64,000 nt of DNA from Deltaproteobacteria bacterium (GTDB lineage Bacteria > Desulfobacterota > Dissulfuribacteria > Dissulfuribacterales > QOAL01), in the NCBI GenBank assembly GCA_024275145.1, contig JAJRZR010000079.1, positions 384 through 64,383 on the forward strand, written 5' to 3'. The position numbers were made by a program, and so were the translations under genes. Position 1 is the stretch's first letter. Every line of letters begins with the position of its first letter. The notes under the pieces were generated by a model. The model ran no database searches, was not told where the DNA came from, and worked only from the letters and a program-made list of their open reading frames with translations. This document shows, piece after piece, positions 38,595 to 49,678 of this stretch.

Positions 38595-39537
38595 CCCGAT
38601 CCTCCTTACGTTTCATAGCCTTTACATGTAACGCCGCATGCATCCCGGCTACACATCCCTCTCCAACGGCCTTTGCCATTTGGAACGGTGGGCCGCATAT
38701 GTCTCCGGCGGCAAAGATACCCGGTATATTCGTGGATTGCTTTTCATCGGTAAGAATGAAGGTAAACTTTTCAGGGTCTAGATTCACGCCGAGGAACGCG
38801 GCAAGCTCCATGGCCCCCTTTGCCCCACGTTCTATAAAAAGGCCGTCTAGGTCAAGCACGGTACCGTCATCAAGCTCTATACCGGTCAACTTGTCTTTGC
38901 CAATGAGTTTCTTGACCTTGCGCCCCTTCAGCACATCTACCTTGCTCGCATCCAGTTCTTTCCGCAGGGCGTGGCTTACATCGAGTGTATCGGTGATCAG
39001 GGTCACCTCCCTGGCGAGCCTTTCCAGGGTGAGGGCACCGTGGACAGCGGCACTGCCGCCACCCGTAACCGCTACAGAGGCATCCCTGTAGAAATTGGCA
39101 TCGCAGTCCACACAATAACTTACCCCGCGGCCAACAAGGTCCTTTTCCCCTTTGAGGCCAAGACCCTTGCGGGAAACTCCCGTGGCAAATATCAGGCTGT
39201 GGCAGCGATAGATGCCGCCATCTTCACTGGTGATCTCGAACATGCCATTTCCAGTAACAGATGTGGCAACGGCGTCTTCCCTCAAAAATTTTACCCCGAA
39301 GCTTGCGGCCTGGGACATACCTGCATCGAGCAACTCCTGGCCGGTTTTCACCCCTTCTACACAGCAGTAGTTCTCTATGTGGGCCTTATAAAGGCTGCTG
39401 GATTCAGGCCGCCCCATTACGAGCACGTTGACCTTTTTCCTGCTTGCATGGATCGCGGCCTGCAGACCCCCCGGGCCAGTTCCTAGTATGATTACGTCAA
39501 AATTCTGTATCTCTGTACGGTATGTTTCTGCCTTCAT
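38581..39537 (-). CDS. Thioredoxin-reductase-like FAD/NAD(P)H disulfide oxidoreductase
   Basis: 'DVIILGTGPGGLQAAIH', redox CxxC in 'SYCVDCDANFYR', 'VTGGGSAAV', 'GIFAAGDI'. Confidence 0.8.
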   Translation of the reverse strand: MKAETYRTEIQNFDVIILGTGPGGLQAAIHASRKKVNVLVMGRPESSSLYKAHIENYCCVEGVKTGQELLDAGMSQAASFGVKFLREDAVATSVTGNGMFEITSEDGGIYRCHSLIFATGVSRKGLGLKGEKDLVGRGVSYCVDCDANFYRDASVAVTGGGSAAVHGALTLERLAREVTLITDTLDVSHALRKELDASKVDVLKGRKVKKLIGKDKLTGIELDDGTVLDLDGLFIERGAKGAMELAAFLGVNLDPEKFTFILTDEKQSTNIPGIFAAGDICGPPFQMAKAVGEGCVAGMHAALHVKAMKRKEDRVDNT

Positions 39538-39761
39538 TGTAGAATCACCCCATCCTCTGTGGAGTTGTCGGATTCACTATCGAGGATGGTACAGGCTATC
39601 CTGTACTCCTCCCGGAGCCATGCACCCAGGTCCGCCATCTTACAGCGTTTGCAGCAAAAGGGCCTGTATGGGTTACTTGGATCCAATACAACTGGGGCAC
39701 CGCAGTGCGGGCAGCTATGGTTCTTTTTGTCATGCATCGTTCTGTACTTGTTTCCTTTCAT
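39534..39761 (-). CDS. yacG: DNA gyrase inhibitor YacG (zinc ribbon)
   Basis: 'CPHCGAPVVLDPSNPYRPFCCKRCKMADLGAWLREEYRI'. ATG 39761 overlaps the upstream TGA (ATGA); alternative ATG at 39737. Confidence 0.85.
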   Translation of the reverse strand: MKGNKYRTMHDKKNHSCPHCGAPVVLDPSNPYRPFCCKRCKMADLGAWLREEYRIACTILDSESDNSTEDGVILQ

Positions 39762-40474
39762 AGTAAAGATGGCCTGCGCCTTTTCCTCCTGCCGGTGATA
39801 AGGCCTATTATCCAGCCGATGAGGAGTACCCCGGCGCCGGCAACGAACCATTTTATATTATTGCTATTTTCAAGACCTTGGATCTTCCGCTTGGAGGTTG
39901 CAAGTTCCTGCTTTGCAGTTTCAAGTTCCTTCACAGTATCTGTAAGCATCTTTTTTATTTGTACAACGTTTTCCGAATCCTTCTTAAGGATTTCATAGCT
40001 CTTGCGGGTAGAATCGGCCTGGGTAATGCATGTTTCGAGCCGTCTTTTACATTCGTTAGATTCTGAAGATATGGCGGCTAACCTGCTATTCAATGCATTG
40101 GTTTTCTTTACAAGGTCCCTGTTTTTCCTTTCCAGGTCATCTACTACGTCCTTAAGGGGTGGCGACTTACTGAGATAACGACGCAACATCCATCCTTCCT
40201 TCCCGCTATCGGTGCGTACAAACGCCCAAGGCCCATCCTCCCCAAGGAGTTCAACCTTTGCACCATCAGGGACTATTGCGATTATCCTGTTTTTTTGTGT
40301 TTTTCCACTCCTGATCGGTATCTCTGTGCTAGGTGTTACATAGTAACTTTCCGAATGGACTAATGGCGGCAAAAGGATGCCAAAGATCAGTGGCAGAGCG
40401 GTGAGTACTATCAATGTGCTTATTCCTAATCGGCGTGATATCCCTGGCTTTCGCCAGCTAGATGGATCGATCAT
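39758..40474 (-). CDS. SH3-domain protein with coiled coil and C-terminal membrane anchor (YgiM-like)
   Basis: Track ORF to 40498; ATG 40474 follows AGGAGAA. Signal/TM region, SH3-like 'IPIRSGKTQKNRIIAIVPDGAKVELLGEDGPWAFVRTDSGKEGWM', coiled coil, and 'WFVAGAGVLLIGWIIGLITGRRKRRR'. Confidence 0.75.
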   Translation of the reverse strand: MIDPSSWRKPGISRRLGISTLIVLTALPLIFGILLPPLVHSESYYVTPSTEIPIRSGKTQKNRIIAIVPDGAKVELLGEDGPWAFVRTDSGKEGWMLRRYLSKSPPLKDVVDDLERKNRDLVKKTNALNSRLAAISSESNECKRRLETCITQADSTRKSYEILKKDSENVVQIKKMLTDTVKELETAKQELATSKRKIQGLENSNNIKWFVAGAGVLLIGWIIGLITGRRKRRRPSLL

Positions 40475-40826
40475 GACAATCTTCTCCTGTTTTGACATCC
40501 TCTCCGAGGTGGCAGGCCTTGTTGAATGGTTTCAACACAGTGCAACTCGACGGAAGTGACCTCTTGACGTTTTATTAAGATACACGGGCATTTTAGGCTA
40601 AAATGGCCTTGATGCCAACTCCTGCCCTTACTATCCCTGCCAGGCCACTTTATTACGTTCCATACCCGGGAGAGATATGTTCACACGGTGAAATCAAACG
40701 GCTTAAGAAGAAAATCTGGTTTGACAAGGGATAATTTTTGGACCAGTCTTAGGCTGAATTAAAAGGATTACCAGGACACCGATTCCAATCAAGGACAGAT
40801 AAAGCACGTGTAGGAGGAAATTTCAA

Positions 40827-41915
40827 ATGAATCGCAGGACCTTCTTGAAAAAGACCACAGCAGGCATGCTTGCTGCCGGGCTCGCAAGTGGCATACCGGT
40901 CAAAAACGGCTATGCCCAGGGCAAAACGTTCAGATGGCGGATGGTCACTTCCTGGCCGCCGGGCTTTCCTATTCTTCAGACAGGTGTCGAGAGGTTTGTC
41001 ACCAGGGTTGCACAATTAAGTGGCGGAAGGCTCCAGATACGGGTATTTGCAGGTGGAGAGCTCGTTCCACCCCTTGGGGTGTTCGATGCGGTAAGCCAGG
41101 GTTCGGCACAAATGGGTCATAGTGCCTCTTATTACTGGGCAGGGAAATGCCCTGCTGCACAATGGTTTACCTCTGTACCGTTCGGATTCAACGCCCAGGG
41201 CATGAACTCCTGGCTCTACTACGGAGGCGGCCTGAGGCTGTGGGAGGAGATATACAGGGATTTCAACCTGGTTCCCAGACCGGCAGGGAACACCGGTGTG
41301 CAGATGGGTGGTTGGTTCAACAAGCGTATAGATTCCCTCAAGGATTTCAAGGGGCTCAAGATGAGGATACCTGGCCTTGGAGGCAAGGTCCTGGCAAGGG
41401 CCGGGGGCACGGTAGTGCTACTTCCTGGTGGAGAGATATATACGTCCCTAGAACGTGGCGTCATAGATGCCACCGAGTGGGTGGGACCGTGCCACGACTT
41501 AAGGATGGGATTTCAGCGGGTGGCAAAGTTCTACTACGGGCCTGGCTGGCATGAACCGGGAAGCACGCTGGAGTTGACAATAAACAAGGATGCCTATGAT
41601 GGTCTTCCCGTGGATCTCAGGGCAGTCATAGATACGGCGGCCGCTGAGTTGAACGTGCAGATGCTTTCAGAATTCGAGACGGAAAACGCACGTGCACTGG
41701 AAAGGCTTAGATCAAAGAGCAAGGTGAAGATATTGACCTTTCCTACGCCGGTGCTGGAAGGGCTTAAAAAACTATCCGTGGCAACCCTTGAGGATGAGGC
41801 GGCAAGGGACTCACAGGCCACGAAGGTACATAGAAGTTATCTGGCATTCAAAAGGGTCATGGAGGGCTGGTCAGAATTATCTGAAAAACAATATTATAAC
41901 GTAATGTTGGGATGA
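40827..41915 (+). CDS. TRAP transporter solute-binding protein (DctP family, Tat signal)
   Basis: AGGAGG SD. 'MNRRTFLKKTTAGMLAAGLASG' twin-arginine signal. 'SASYYWAGK', 'WFNKRIDSLKDFKGLKMRIPG'. Confidence 0.85.
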   Translation: MNRRTFLKKTTAGMLAAGLASGIPVKNGYAQGKTFRWRMVTSWPPGFPILQTGVERFVTRVAQLSGGRLQIRVFAGGELVPPLGVFDAVSQGSAQMGHSASYYWAGKCPAAQWFTSVPFGFNAQGMNSWLYYGGGLRLWEEIYRDFNLVPRPAGNTGVQMGGWFNKRIDSLKDFKGLKMRIPGLGGKVLARAGGTVVLLPGGEIYTSLERGVIDATEWVGPCHDLRMGFQRVAKFYYGPGWHEPGSTLELTINKDAYDGLPVDLRAVIDTAAAELNVQMLSEFETENARALERLRSKSKVKILTFPTPVLEGLKKLSVATLEDEAARDSQATKVHRSYLAFKRVMEGWSELSEKQYYNVMLG

Positions 41916-41962
41916 TATATTACAAATTTAAACCCTTTCAACAGATGAGTAACCCTGCACTT

Positions 41963-43279
41963 CTATCTGGCAAGAAGCCTTGGCAGCCAAGTGGCTATTC
42001 CTGGAAAGATGATTATCAAGGCCAGGGCCAGTATCTGTAGGATCACGAAGGGAATAATCCCCTTGTAGATCTCCACCGTGGTTATTCCGGGGGGTGAAAC
42101 ACCCTTTAGATAAAACAGTGCGAATCCAAAGGGTGGCGTAAGAAATGAGGTCTGGAGATTTATGGCGAAAAGTATGGCGAACCATACCGGATCAAAACCA
42201 AAGGATTTCATTATGGGGGCCAGTACTGGTATGTGAATAAACGTTATTTCTATAAAATCCAGGAAAAATCCTGCCACGAATACCACGGCCATAACCGTGG
42301 CCAGTATTGCCCATTTCCCAAAGGGTATATGGGAAACAAATTGCCTTATGACCACATCCCCGCCGAGTCCTCTGAATACCAGTCCAAAGGCCGCTGCCCC
42401 TACCAGTATTGTAAATACCATACTGGTCAATTGGGTGGTGGCGAGCATGACCGTCCTGAGTACCTCCATATTCAGACGGCGATTGGCTGCACATAGTATC
42501 GTGGCCCCGGCAGCACCTACACCTGCCGCCTCTGTGGGAGAGGCGATGCCTGCGAATATGGACCCTAGTACAGATATCATAAGCAATAGGGGAGGTAATA
42601 GGGCCTTTGCAAGAAATATCTTGAAACTAGACGTTATTTCCGGATGTAAGGAATTAAATCTGATGTAAGGTGTCAAGTCTGGTTTGAATTTGCTTATCAG
42701 GAAGATATAACATGCATAGAACGCAACCAGGACAAGGCCCGGGATTACCGCTCCCATAAAAAGATCACCTACCGATACGCCTATAATATCCCCAAGAAGC
42801 ACCAACACGATGCTTGGAGGTATTATCTGTCCCAGGGTGCCGGATGCGGCAATGGTGCCTGTTGAAAGTTCATGTTGGTATCCATGTTCCATCATGGTTG
42901 GCAATGCCAACAATCCCATGGTAACCACGGTTGCGCCAACTATACCTGTGGATGCACCCAGGAGTCCACCAACCACCACTACAGCGATGGCAAGTCCGCC
43001 CCGGATACGTCCGAAAGCCATGGCCATGGCCTCCAACAGGTCCTTTGCCAGACCCGACCTTTCCAGCATGACCCCCATGAAAATGAACAAGGGTACGGCG
43101 ACCAGGGTGAAGTTGCTCATAATTCCCCAGATCCTGAGGGGCAACAGATTGAAAAAATTCCAACCAAATCCCACGAGACCAAAGAACAACGCCGTTCCAA
43201 GGAGGGTGAAGGCCACTGGAAACCCAAAAAGCAGCAGGATCGTGAGCACGAGAAACATCCAGGCAGGCAGATAGTACAC
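41963..43279 (-). CDS. TRAP transporter large permease (DctM)
   Basis: 438-aa polytopic membrane protein with a typical DctM N-terminus, 'LLGTALFFGLVGFGWNFFNLLPLRIWGIMSNFTLVAVPLFIFMG'. Confidence 0.88.
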   Translation of the reverse strand: MYYLPAWMFLVLTILLLFGFPVAFTLLGTALFFGLVGFGWNFFNLLPLRIWGIMSNFTLVAVPLFIFMGVMLERSGLAKDLLEAMAMAFGRIRGGLAIAVVVVGGLLGASTGIVGATVVTMGLLALPTMMEHGYQHELSTGTIAASGTLGQIIPPSIVLVLLGDIIGVSVGDLFMGAVIPGLVLVAFYACYIFLISKFKPDLTPYIRFNSLHPEITSSFKIFLAKALLPPLLLMISVLGSIFAGIASPTEAAGVGAAGATILCAANRRLNMEVLRTVMLATTQLTSMVFTILVGAAAFGLVFRGLGGDVVIRQFVSHIPFGKWAILATVMAVVFVAGFFLDFIEITFIHIPVLAPIMKSFGFDPVWFAILFAINLQTSFLTPPFGFALFYLKGVSPPGITTVEIYKGIIPFVILQILALALIIIFPGIATWLPRLLAR

Positions 43280-43281
43280 CC

Positions 43282-43830
43282 TCAGCCCTCCTCATCCGTT
43301 TCGATGCCCAGCAAGGTAAAAAGATTCCTGATAAACAGTGAAATCCCCTGTATCCCCACAAGCATGAATCCAAGGGGAATAGCCGCCTTTATCAGGTAAC
43401 GGAAAGGCAATCCGCCGGGTTCTGGAGAACCCTCGTGCATGGACCATGAAGAATAGATAAAGGGGAAGGATGTCTTTATTACCAGATAACACCCTGGAAA
43501 CAGGAAGATCAGGCAGCCAACCAGGTTGATAAGGGCCTTTCCACGTCTGCCAAGCCTTTGGTAGAATACGTCTACCCTAACGTGATCATTGTGTTTCAAG
43601 GTGAAACCTGCCCCCAGGAGGAAGACCAGGGAAAAGGCGTGCCATTCAAATTCCTGGAGGGCAAGATAGCTCACGCTGAACACGTAGCGAAGCAATACAT
43701 CGACACTGACTACTATCACCATGAGCAGGGTAAGCCATGATATGATTCTGCCCACCTTCTCATTGAGCCAGTCAATAAGCCTGCTGACCCTTAGAAATAC
43801 AAGAGCCGATCTTGATCTTGATTGTCCCAT
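43282..43830 (-). CDS. TRAP transporter small permease (DctQ)
   Basis: 182 aa with 4 predicted TM helices, immediately upstream of dctM. Confidence 0.8.
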   Translation of the reverse strand: MGQSRSRSALVFLRVSRLIDWLNEKVGRIISWLTLLMVIVVSVDVLLRYVFSVSYLALQEFEWHAFSLVFLLGAGFTLKHNDHVRVDVFYQRLGRRGKALINLVGCLIFLFPGCYLVIKTSFPFIYSSWSMHEGSPEPGGLPFRYLIKAAIPLGFMLVGIQGISLFIRNLFTLLGIETDEEG

Positions 43831-43955
43831 CTATTGTTCTCCTTGGCACGGTGATCCTTGGCGTCAGCCAAACCTTATTATGCAGCCTGTACCTTTGACG
43901 CCACACCCATGAGCATGAAAACACTGCCCAAGGGCAGGATGTATTTCCACAGTAA

Positions 43956-44684
<729 letters not shown>

Positions 44685-44822
44685 TCCGTTTCGAGCTATC
44701 TTTTCTATCAATTGCAGGAAACCGGTAGGGGCCCCTGGGAAAACGATCTCTTGTTCGAAAAAACAGCCGTCGTGCAAAGGGGAAAGTTTTTTTCAGAGGC
44801 CCTTTGAAGACCTCCAGAAGAT

Positions 44823-47387
44823 CTATTTGGATTCCCACCAGGTCAGCAGACCAAGTTCAAATTTATGTCCCAGTTCCTTCCTGAAGGGATAGCATCTTAT
44901 GGTAAAGCCTATCAACCCACTTGAAAGGCACAATAGCGTGCCTTGAAAGACATGGCCTCCCTCTTGTCGTTCACCTGTTGGCAGGAGGGGCAGTGGATGG
45001 CCTTCGGGTAGCTCTCCCTTGTCATCAAGCCTACCGATATATGCATCCACACGGACCTCATCCGAAGAAAGTTCCCCAAGGTCCACCACGGCCTTGATGG
45101 GTAGCCGGTCTCCTACCCTGGGTGAGCCATTCAGGGGAATCTGGACGTCATTGATCCTGACCTTGTGCCATACCTCCATGACCCGCTTCTTCCATTGAGA
45201 GACCTCCTTTGCCTCATTCCATCCATCCTTTGCCAACAAATGCCATCTTGATATATTGGGAAGATAGAACCTCTTGCTGTATTCCTCTACCATTCGGTTT
45301 GTGTTGAAATATGGACACAGAGAAAGGATGGATTTCTTCATCATCTCAACCCAGCCGTGTGGAATGTTATGGGTTGAGCGTGTATAGAAGAGTGGGACAA
45401 CGGTATTCTCCAGCAATTCGTATAATAGGCGGCTTTCGACCTCATCCTGATACTCATGATCTTCGTATTCCTCACCAGCACCTATTGCCCAGCCGTTTTC
45501 TCCGTTGTAGCCCTCTACCCACCATCCATCCAGGATGCTCAGATTCAGCCCACCGTTGGCAGGAACCTTCATCCCGCTCGTACCGCTGGCCTCCATTGGA
45601 CGCCGAGGGGTATTAAGCCATACGTCAACGCCTTGAACAAGGTATCTGGCCACTTCGATGTCGTAATTCTCTATAAAAACCACGTGCATCCTGAATTCAG
45701 GGGTGTTGGCCATCTGGACCACCGTGTGGATCAATTCCTTGCCGTATTTGTCCTGTGGGTGCGCCTTGCCACTAAATATTATCTGTACGGGTCTCTCATC
45801 ATTGGTCAGAATGGTTTTAAGGCGTTCAACATCCTTGAACAGCAAGGTTGCACGCTTGTATGTGGCAAAACGCCTGGCAAAGCCTATCGTCAGGGCCTCT
45901 GGATCAAGGACCTCATCCGCCACCTTGAGTTGATACTTTGGCGCTCCCTTTGCCTCGAGTTGTTCCTTGAGTCGGCTTCTTGCAAATGAAATAAGCCGCT
46001 CTCTCAGCCGTTCCCTGCTTCGCCAGAGTTCAAACGCAGGTATATGCTCCACCCGTTTCCATATGGCGTGATTGGCAGGCTCATCGATCCATCTCGATCC
46101 AAGGTAGCGCTGATACAGCCTGGACATCTCGCTCGACAACCATCCGAGCGTATGAATTCCGTTGGTAATATGGGTTATCGGCACCTCGTGTTTCGGGATC
46201 TGGGGCCATATATCCGCCCACATCTTCCTTGAAACCTCACCATGTAGCTTGCTTACGCCGTTCGTTTGGGAGGCCATCTTGATAGCGAGCACTGCCATAC
46301 AGAAGTCCTCGGAGGTATTGCCAGGGTAGATCCTACCCAGATCCAGGAAACGTTCTATACCTATGCCAAGTTCGTTGGCGATGTTTGAAAAATAACGTCG
46401 TATCAGATCCGGTGGGAACCTGTCTATTCCAGCAGGAACCGGTGTATGGGTGGTGAAAACGCTGGTTGCCCTTACGGCCTCGAGCGCCTCATCATATCCT
46501 AGCCCTTCATGTCTTATGAGCTGAAGGAGCCGCTCGATGGCCATGAAGGCCGAATGGCCCTCATTCATGTGGCAGACGGTTGGCATCTGGTTCAAGGCCT
46601 TCAGTACCTTGATCCCACCCATACCAAGGACAATCTCCTGTTGCAGCCTGGTCTCGAGATTCCCCCCGTACAGATAGGATGTAATCTGCCTATCTGCCCT
46701 GGAGTTGAGAGGAACATCCGTGTCCAACATGTAGATCTTGATCCTGCCGACTGCCAGGGACCAGACCTTCAGATGCACAATGCGGTCGGCGAGCTGGACC
46801 TGTACCATTATGGATTCACCGCTTTCATTCTTCAGGGGTGTAAGCGGCATGTTGTAGAAATCGTTGGAAGGGTAGGTCTCAAGCTGCCAACCATCTGGAT
46901 TCAGATATTGTTTAAAATAGCCGTGCTTATACAGTAGCCCCACGCCAAACAGGGGAAGGCCGAGATCACTGGCCGATTTCATATGATCACCGGCAAGGAT
47001 ACCCAAGCCCCCGGAATATAACGGCAGGCTTTCATGGATACCGAATTCAGCCGAAAAATAGGCTATAGATCCTTTGTCTTCGTCCTGCCTGACCTTTTTG
47101 TACCACGTCTGGGCCTTCAGATACCTGTCCAGCTCACTTTTAACACCCTCCATCCGGGCAAGGAAGATTTCATCCCTTTCAAGCTGCTCCAGCCTGGGCT
47201 GTTCGATGGTGCCCAGCAGGGCCACAGGGTTATGTCTGGTACGCTCCCAGACATCCCGGTCCATATCCTGGAAGAGATACAAGGCCTCAGGAGTCCAGGT
47301 CCACCAACAGTTGAGGGCTATCTCCATCAGGGGAGCAAGACGTTCCGGCAGGTTTGGAACAATGGTAACCGTTTGAATATTGGGCAT
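44823..47387 (-). CDS. glgP: Alpha-glucan (maltodextrin/glycogen) phosphorylase, GT35
   Basis: 854 aa. 'EASGTSGMKVPANGGLNLSILDGWW' (PLP lysine motif). Confidence 0.9.
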   Translation of the reverse strand: MPNIQTVTIVPNLPERLAPLMEIALNCWWTWTPEALYLFQDMDRDVWERTRHNPVALLGTIEQPRLEQLERDEIFLARMEGVKSELDRYLKAQTWYKKVRQDEDKGSIAYFSAEFGIHESLPLYSGGLGILAGDHMKSASDLGLPLFGVGLLYKHGYFKQYLNPDGWQLETYPSNDFYNMPLTPLKNESGESIMVQVQLADRIVHLKVWSLAVGRIKIYMLDTDVPLNSRADRQITSYLYGGNLETRLQQEIVLGMGGIKVLKALNQMPTVCHMNEGHSAFMAIERLLQLIRHEGLGYDEALEAVRATSVFTTHTPVPAGIDRFPPDLIRRYFSNIANELGIGIERFLDLGRIYPGNTSEDFCMAVLAIKMASQTNGVSKLHGEVSRKMWADIWPQIPKHEVPITHITNGIHTLGWLSSEMSRLYQRYLGSRWIDEPANHAIWKRVEHIPAFELWRSRERLRERLISFARSRLKEQLEAKGAPKYQLKVADEVLDPEALTIGFARRFATYKRATLLFKDVERLKTILTNDERPVQIIFSGKAHPQDKYGKELIHTVVQMANTPEFRMHVVFIENYDIEVARYLVQGVDVWLNTPRRPMEASGTSGMKVPANGGLNLSILDGWWVEGYNGENGWAIGAGEEYEDHEYQDEVESRLLYELLENTVVPLFYTRSTHNIPHGWVEMMKKSILSLCPYFNTNRMVEEYSKRFYLPNISRWHLLAKDGWNEAKEVSQWKKRVMEVWHKVRINDVQIPLNGSPRVGDRLPIKAVVDLGELSSDEVRVDAYIGRLDDKGELPEGHPLPLLPTGERQEGGHVFQGTLLCLSSGLIGFTIRCYPFRKELGHKFELGLLTWWESK

Positions 47388-47400
47388 AGATCAGGTGTCC

Positions 47401-49665
47401 CTAATTATGTTTTTGATAATTTAATACGAGCCTATCGTCTCCAGGCTCAACGAGGATCACGTCCCCTTTCTTCAATCCCTTGAATAGGATGGCATCGGCC
47501 ACAGGATCCTTTATTTCCCGTTGGATAAGACGCCCAAGGGGCCTTGCACCAAATTTTGGATCGTAACCATGAACGGCAAGCCAGTGACGTGCTTCAGGGC
47601 TGACAACCAGCCTTATCTTCCTGGAGCTGAGCTGGTCCTGGACCTCGTGAATAAGTTTATCAACAACCTTCTCAACGACACTCTGCTCCAGTTGGTTGAA
47701 GACTATGACAGAATCCAGCCTGTTTCTGAACTCGGGGCTGAACGTCCTTCTCACCGCGTCTTCCCCCTTTCTGGTCTTTTCCTTTTTATCAGGGCCGAAT
47801 CCTATGGTACGGCTTTCCAACTCCCTGGCCCCTGCGTTAGAGGTCATTATCAGAATCACATGACGAAAATCGGCCCTCTTGCCAGTATTATCGGTAAGAG
47901 TAGCATAATCCATTACCTGAAGGAGGATGCTGAACAGGTCAGGATGTGCCTTCTCGATCTCATCAAGGAGTAACACACAGTATGGATGCTTTCTTATGGC
48001 ATCTGTGAGAAGTCCTCCCTGATCGAATCCAACGTATCCCGGAGGTGCACCAATGAGTCTGGCCACCGCGTGCTTTTCCATGTATTCGCTCATATCGAAC
48101 CGCTGGAAATGAACCCCCAAAGTCCTTGCGGTCTGCCTGGCCAGTTCGGTCTTTCCGACCCCTGTTGGCCCAATGAAAAGGAACGATCCTATAGGACGTT
48201 CAGGATGAGAAAGACCTGCCCTGGAACGCTTTATAGCAGTGGCAAGACGATTGATCGCCTCTTCCTGGCCGAACACCACCTTGTTCAGGGCCGCCTCAAA
48301 ATTTTCCAGACGCGTCACGTCGGAACGGCTTATGTTCTTTTCCGGTATATTGGCTGTCTTGGCAACCACCGTTTCTATGTGGCGAACGGTGATCACACCG
48401 GGATCAGGCCGAACCCCCCTTGTCAGCCTTAACAGTGCTGCTGCCTCATCGATTACGTCGATTGCCTTATCAGGGAGATGGCGATCTGTGATGTATCTTG
48501 CCGAAAGCACCGCAGCGGCCTTGAGGGCATTGTCCGTATATCTCACGTGATGGTGGCTCTGGTATTGTTCCTTGAGCCCCCTGAGTATCTGGATGGTTTC
48601 CTGGACACTGGGTTCCCAGACCTCTATCTTTTGAAAACGTCTCGACAGGGCCCGGTCCTTTTCGAAGAAATTCTTGTATTCCTCAAAGGTGGTAGAGCCT
48701 ATGCATCTGATATCACCCTTGGCAAGTACGGGTTTCAATATGTTCGATGCATCCAGTGAGCCACCGCTTGTGGCGCCGGCCCCAACAATAGTGTGGATTT
48801 CATCGATAAAGAGTATGGCACGCGGGCGCTGGCTCAACTGAGCAATTACCTCTTTCAGCCTTGCCTCGAATTCACCTCTGTATTTCGTGCCGGCAAGCAG
48901 GGAGCCCATATCCAGGGCAAAGATCTCGGTATCTAACAGGGGTTCTGGCACCTGTCTGTTCCAGATCTTGAGGGCAAGCCCCTCTGCAAGGGCTGTCTTG
49001 CCGACCCCGGGGTCTCCAACATAAATGGGATTATTCTTCCTGCGCCTGCAAAGGATCTGCATGGTCCTTTCCAGTTCCATGGTTCGTCCTACCAAGGGAT
49101 CGATTGCCCCTTCGGCTGCACGCTCTGTAAGGTTAATGGCAAAGCTTTCCAAAGCTCCGCTTTTCTGAGGCGGACTTTTTACCCTTGGCCCTGTCTCGGG
49201 ATCGTGTGACATGGAGGCCTGGGTGTGGGAGGAGACCTTTGCAATACCATGGGATATAAAATTCAGTATGTCCAGGCGGGATATGCCTTCCTGCTTGAGG
49301 AAATAGACAGCATAGGTCTCTTCTTCGGTCATGATAGCGCTGAGGAGGTCTCCAATATCTGCCTCTTCCTTTCCTGAAGACTGCACATGCATGATTGTCT
49401 TCTGCAATACCCTTTGCAGAGCCGAGGTAGGCTGTGGTGTCTCGATACCGTTTTGGGGCAACTTTTCCAGATGCGTGTCAAAGAAGTTTTCTATTCGCGC
49501 CCTTATGCGTTTCAAGTTGCCACCGCAGGCGGTAATTACCTCTTCACCCTTCTTGTGATGCAGCAGGGCAAAAAGAAGATGCTCCAGGGAAAGGTATTCA
49601 TGTTGCCTAAGATGGGCCTCCCTGGCAGCGGCTCCCAACATCAATTCTACGTCTTTGCTGATCAT
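47401..49665 (-). CDS. clpA: ATP-dependent Clp protease ATP-binding subunit ClpA
   Basis: Two AAA+ modules: 'GDPGVGKTALAEGLA' and 'GPTGVGKTELARQ'. Confidence 0.95.
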   Translation of the reverse strand: MISKDVELMLGAAAREAHLRQHEYLSLEHLLFALLHHKKGEEVITACGGNLKRIRARIENFFDTHLEKLPQNGIETPQPTSALQRVLQKTIMHVQSSGKEEADIGDLLSAIMTEEETYAVYFLKQEGISRLDILNFISHGIAKVSSHTQASMSHDPETGPRVKSPPQKSGALESFAINLTERAAEGAIDPLVGRTMELERTMQILCRRRKNNPIYVGDPGVGKTALAEGLALKIWNRQVPEPLLDTEIFALDMGSLLAGTKYRGEFEARLKEVIAQLSQRPRAILFIDEIHTIVGAGATSGGSLDASNILKPVLAKGDIRCIGSTTFEEYKNFFEKDRALSRRFQKIEVWEPSVQETIQILRGLKEQYQSHHHVRYTDNALKAAAVLSARYITDRHLPDKAIDVIDEAAALLRLTRGVRPDPGVITVRHIETVVAKTANIPEKNISRSDVTRLENFEAALNKVVFGQEEAINRLATAIKRSRAGLSHPERPIGSFLFIGPTGVGKTELARQTARTLGVHFQRFDMSEYMEKHAVARLIGAPPGYVGFDQGGLLTDAIRKHPYCVLLLDEIEKAHPDLFSILLQVMDYATLTDNTGKRADFRHVILIMTSNAGARELESRTIGFGPDKKEKTRKGEDAVRRTFSPEFRNRLDSVIVFNQLEQSVVEKVVDKLIHEVQDQLSSRKIRLVVSPEARHWLAVHGYDPKFGARPLGRLIQREIKDPVADAILFKGLKKGDVILVEPGDDRLVLNYQKHN

Positions 49666-49678
49666 GGTTGATTCTCTC

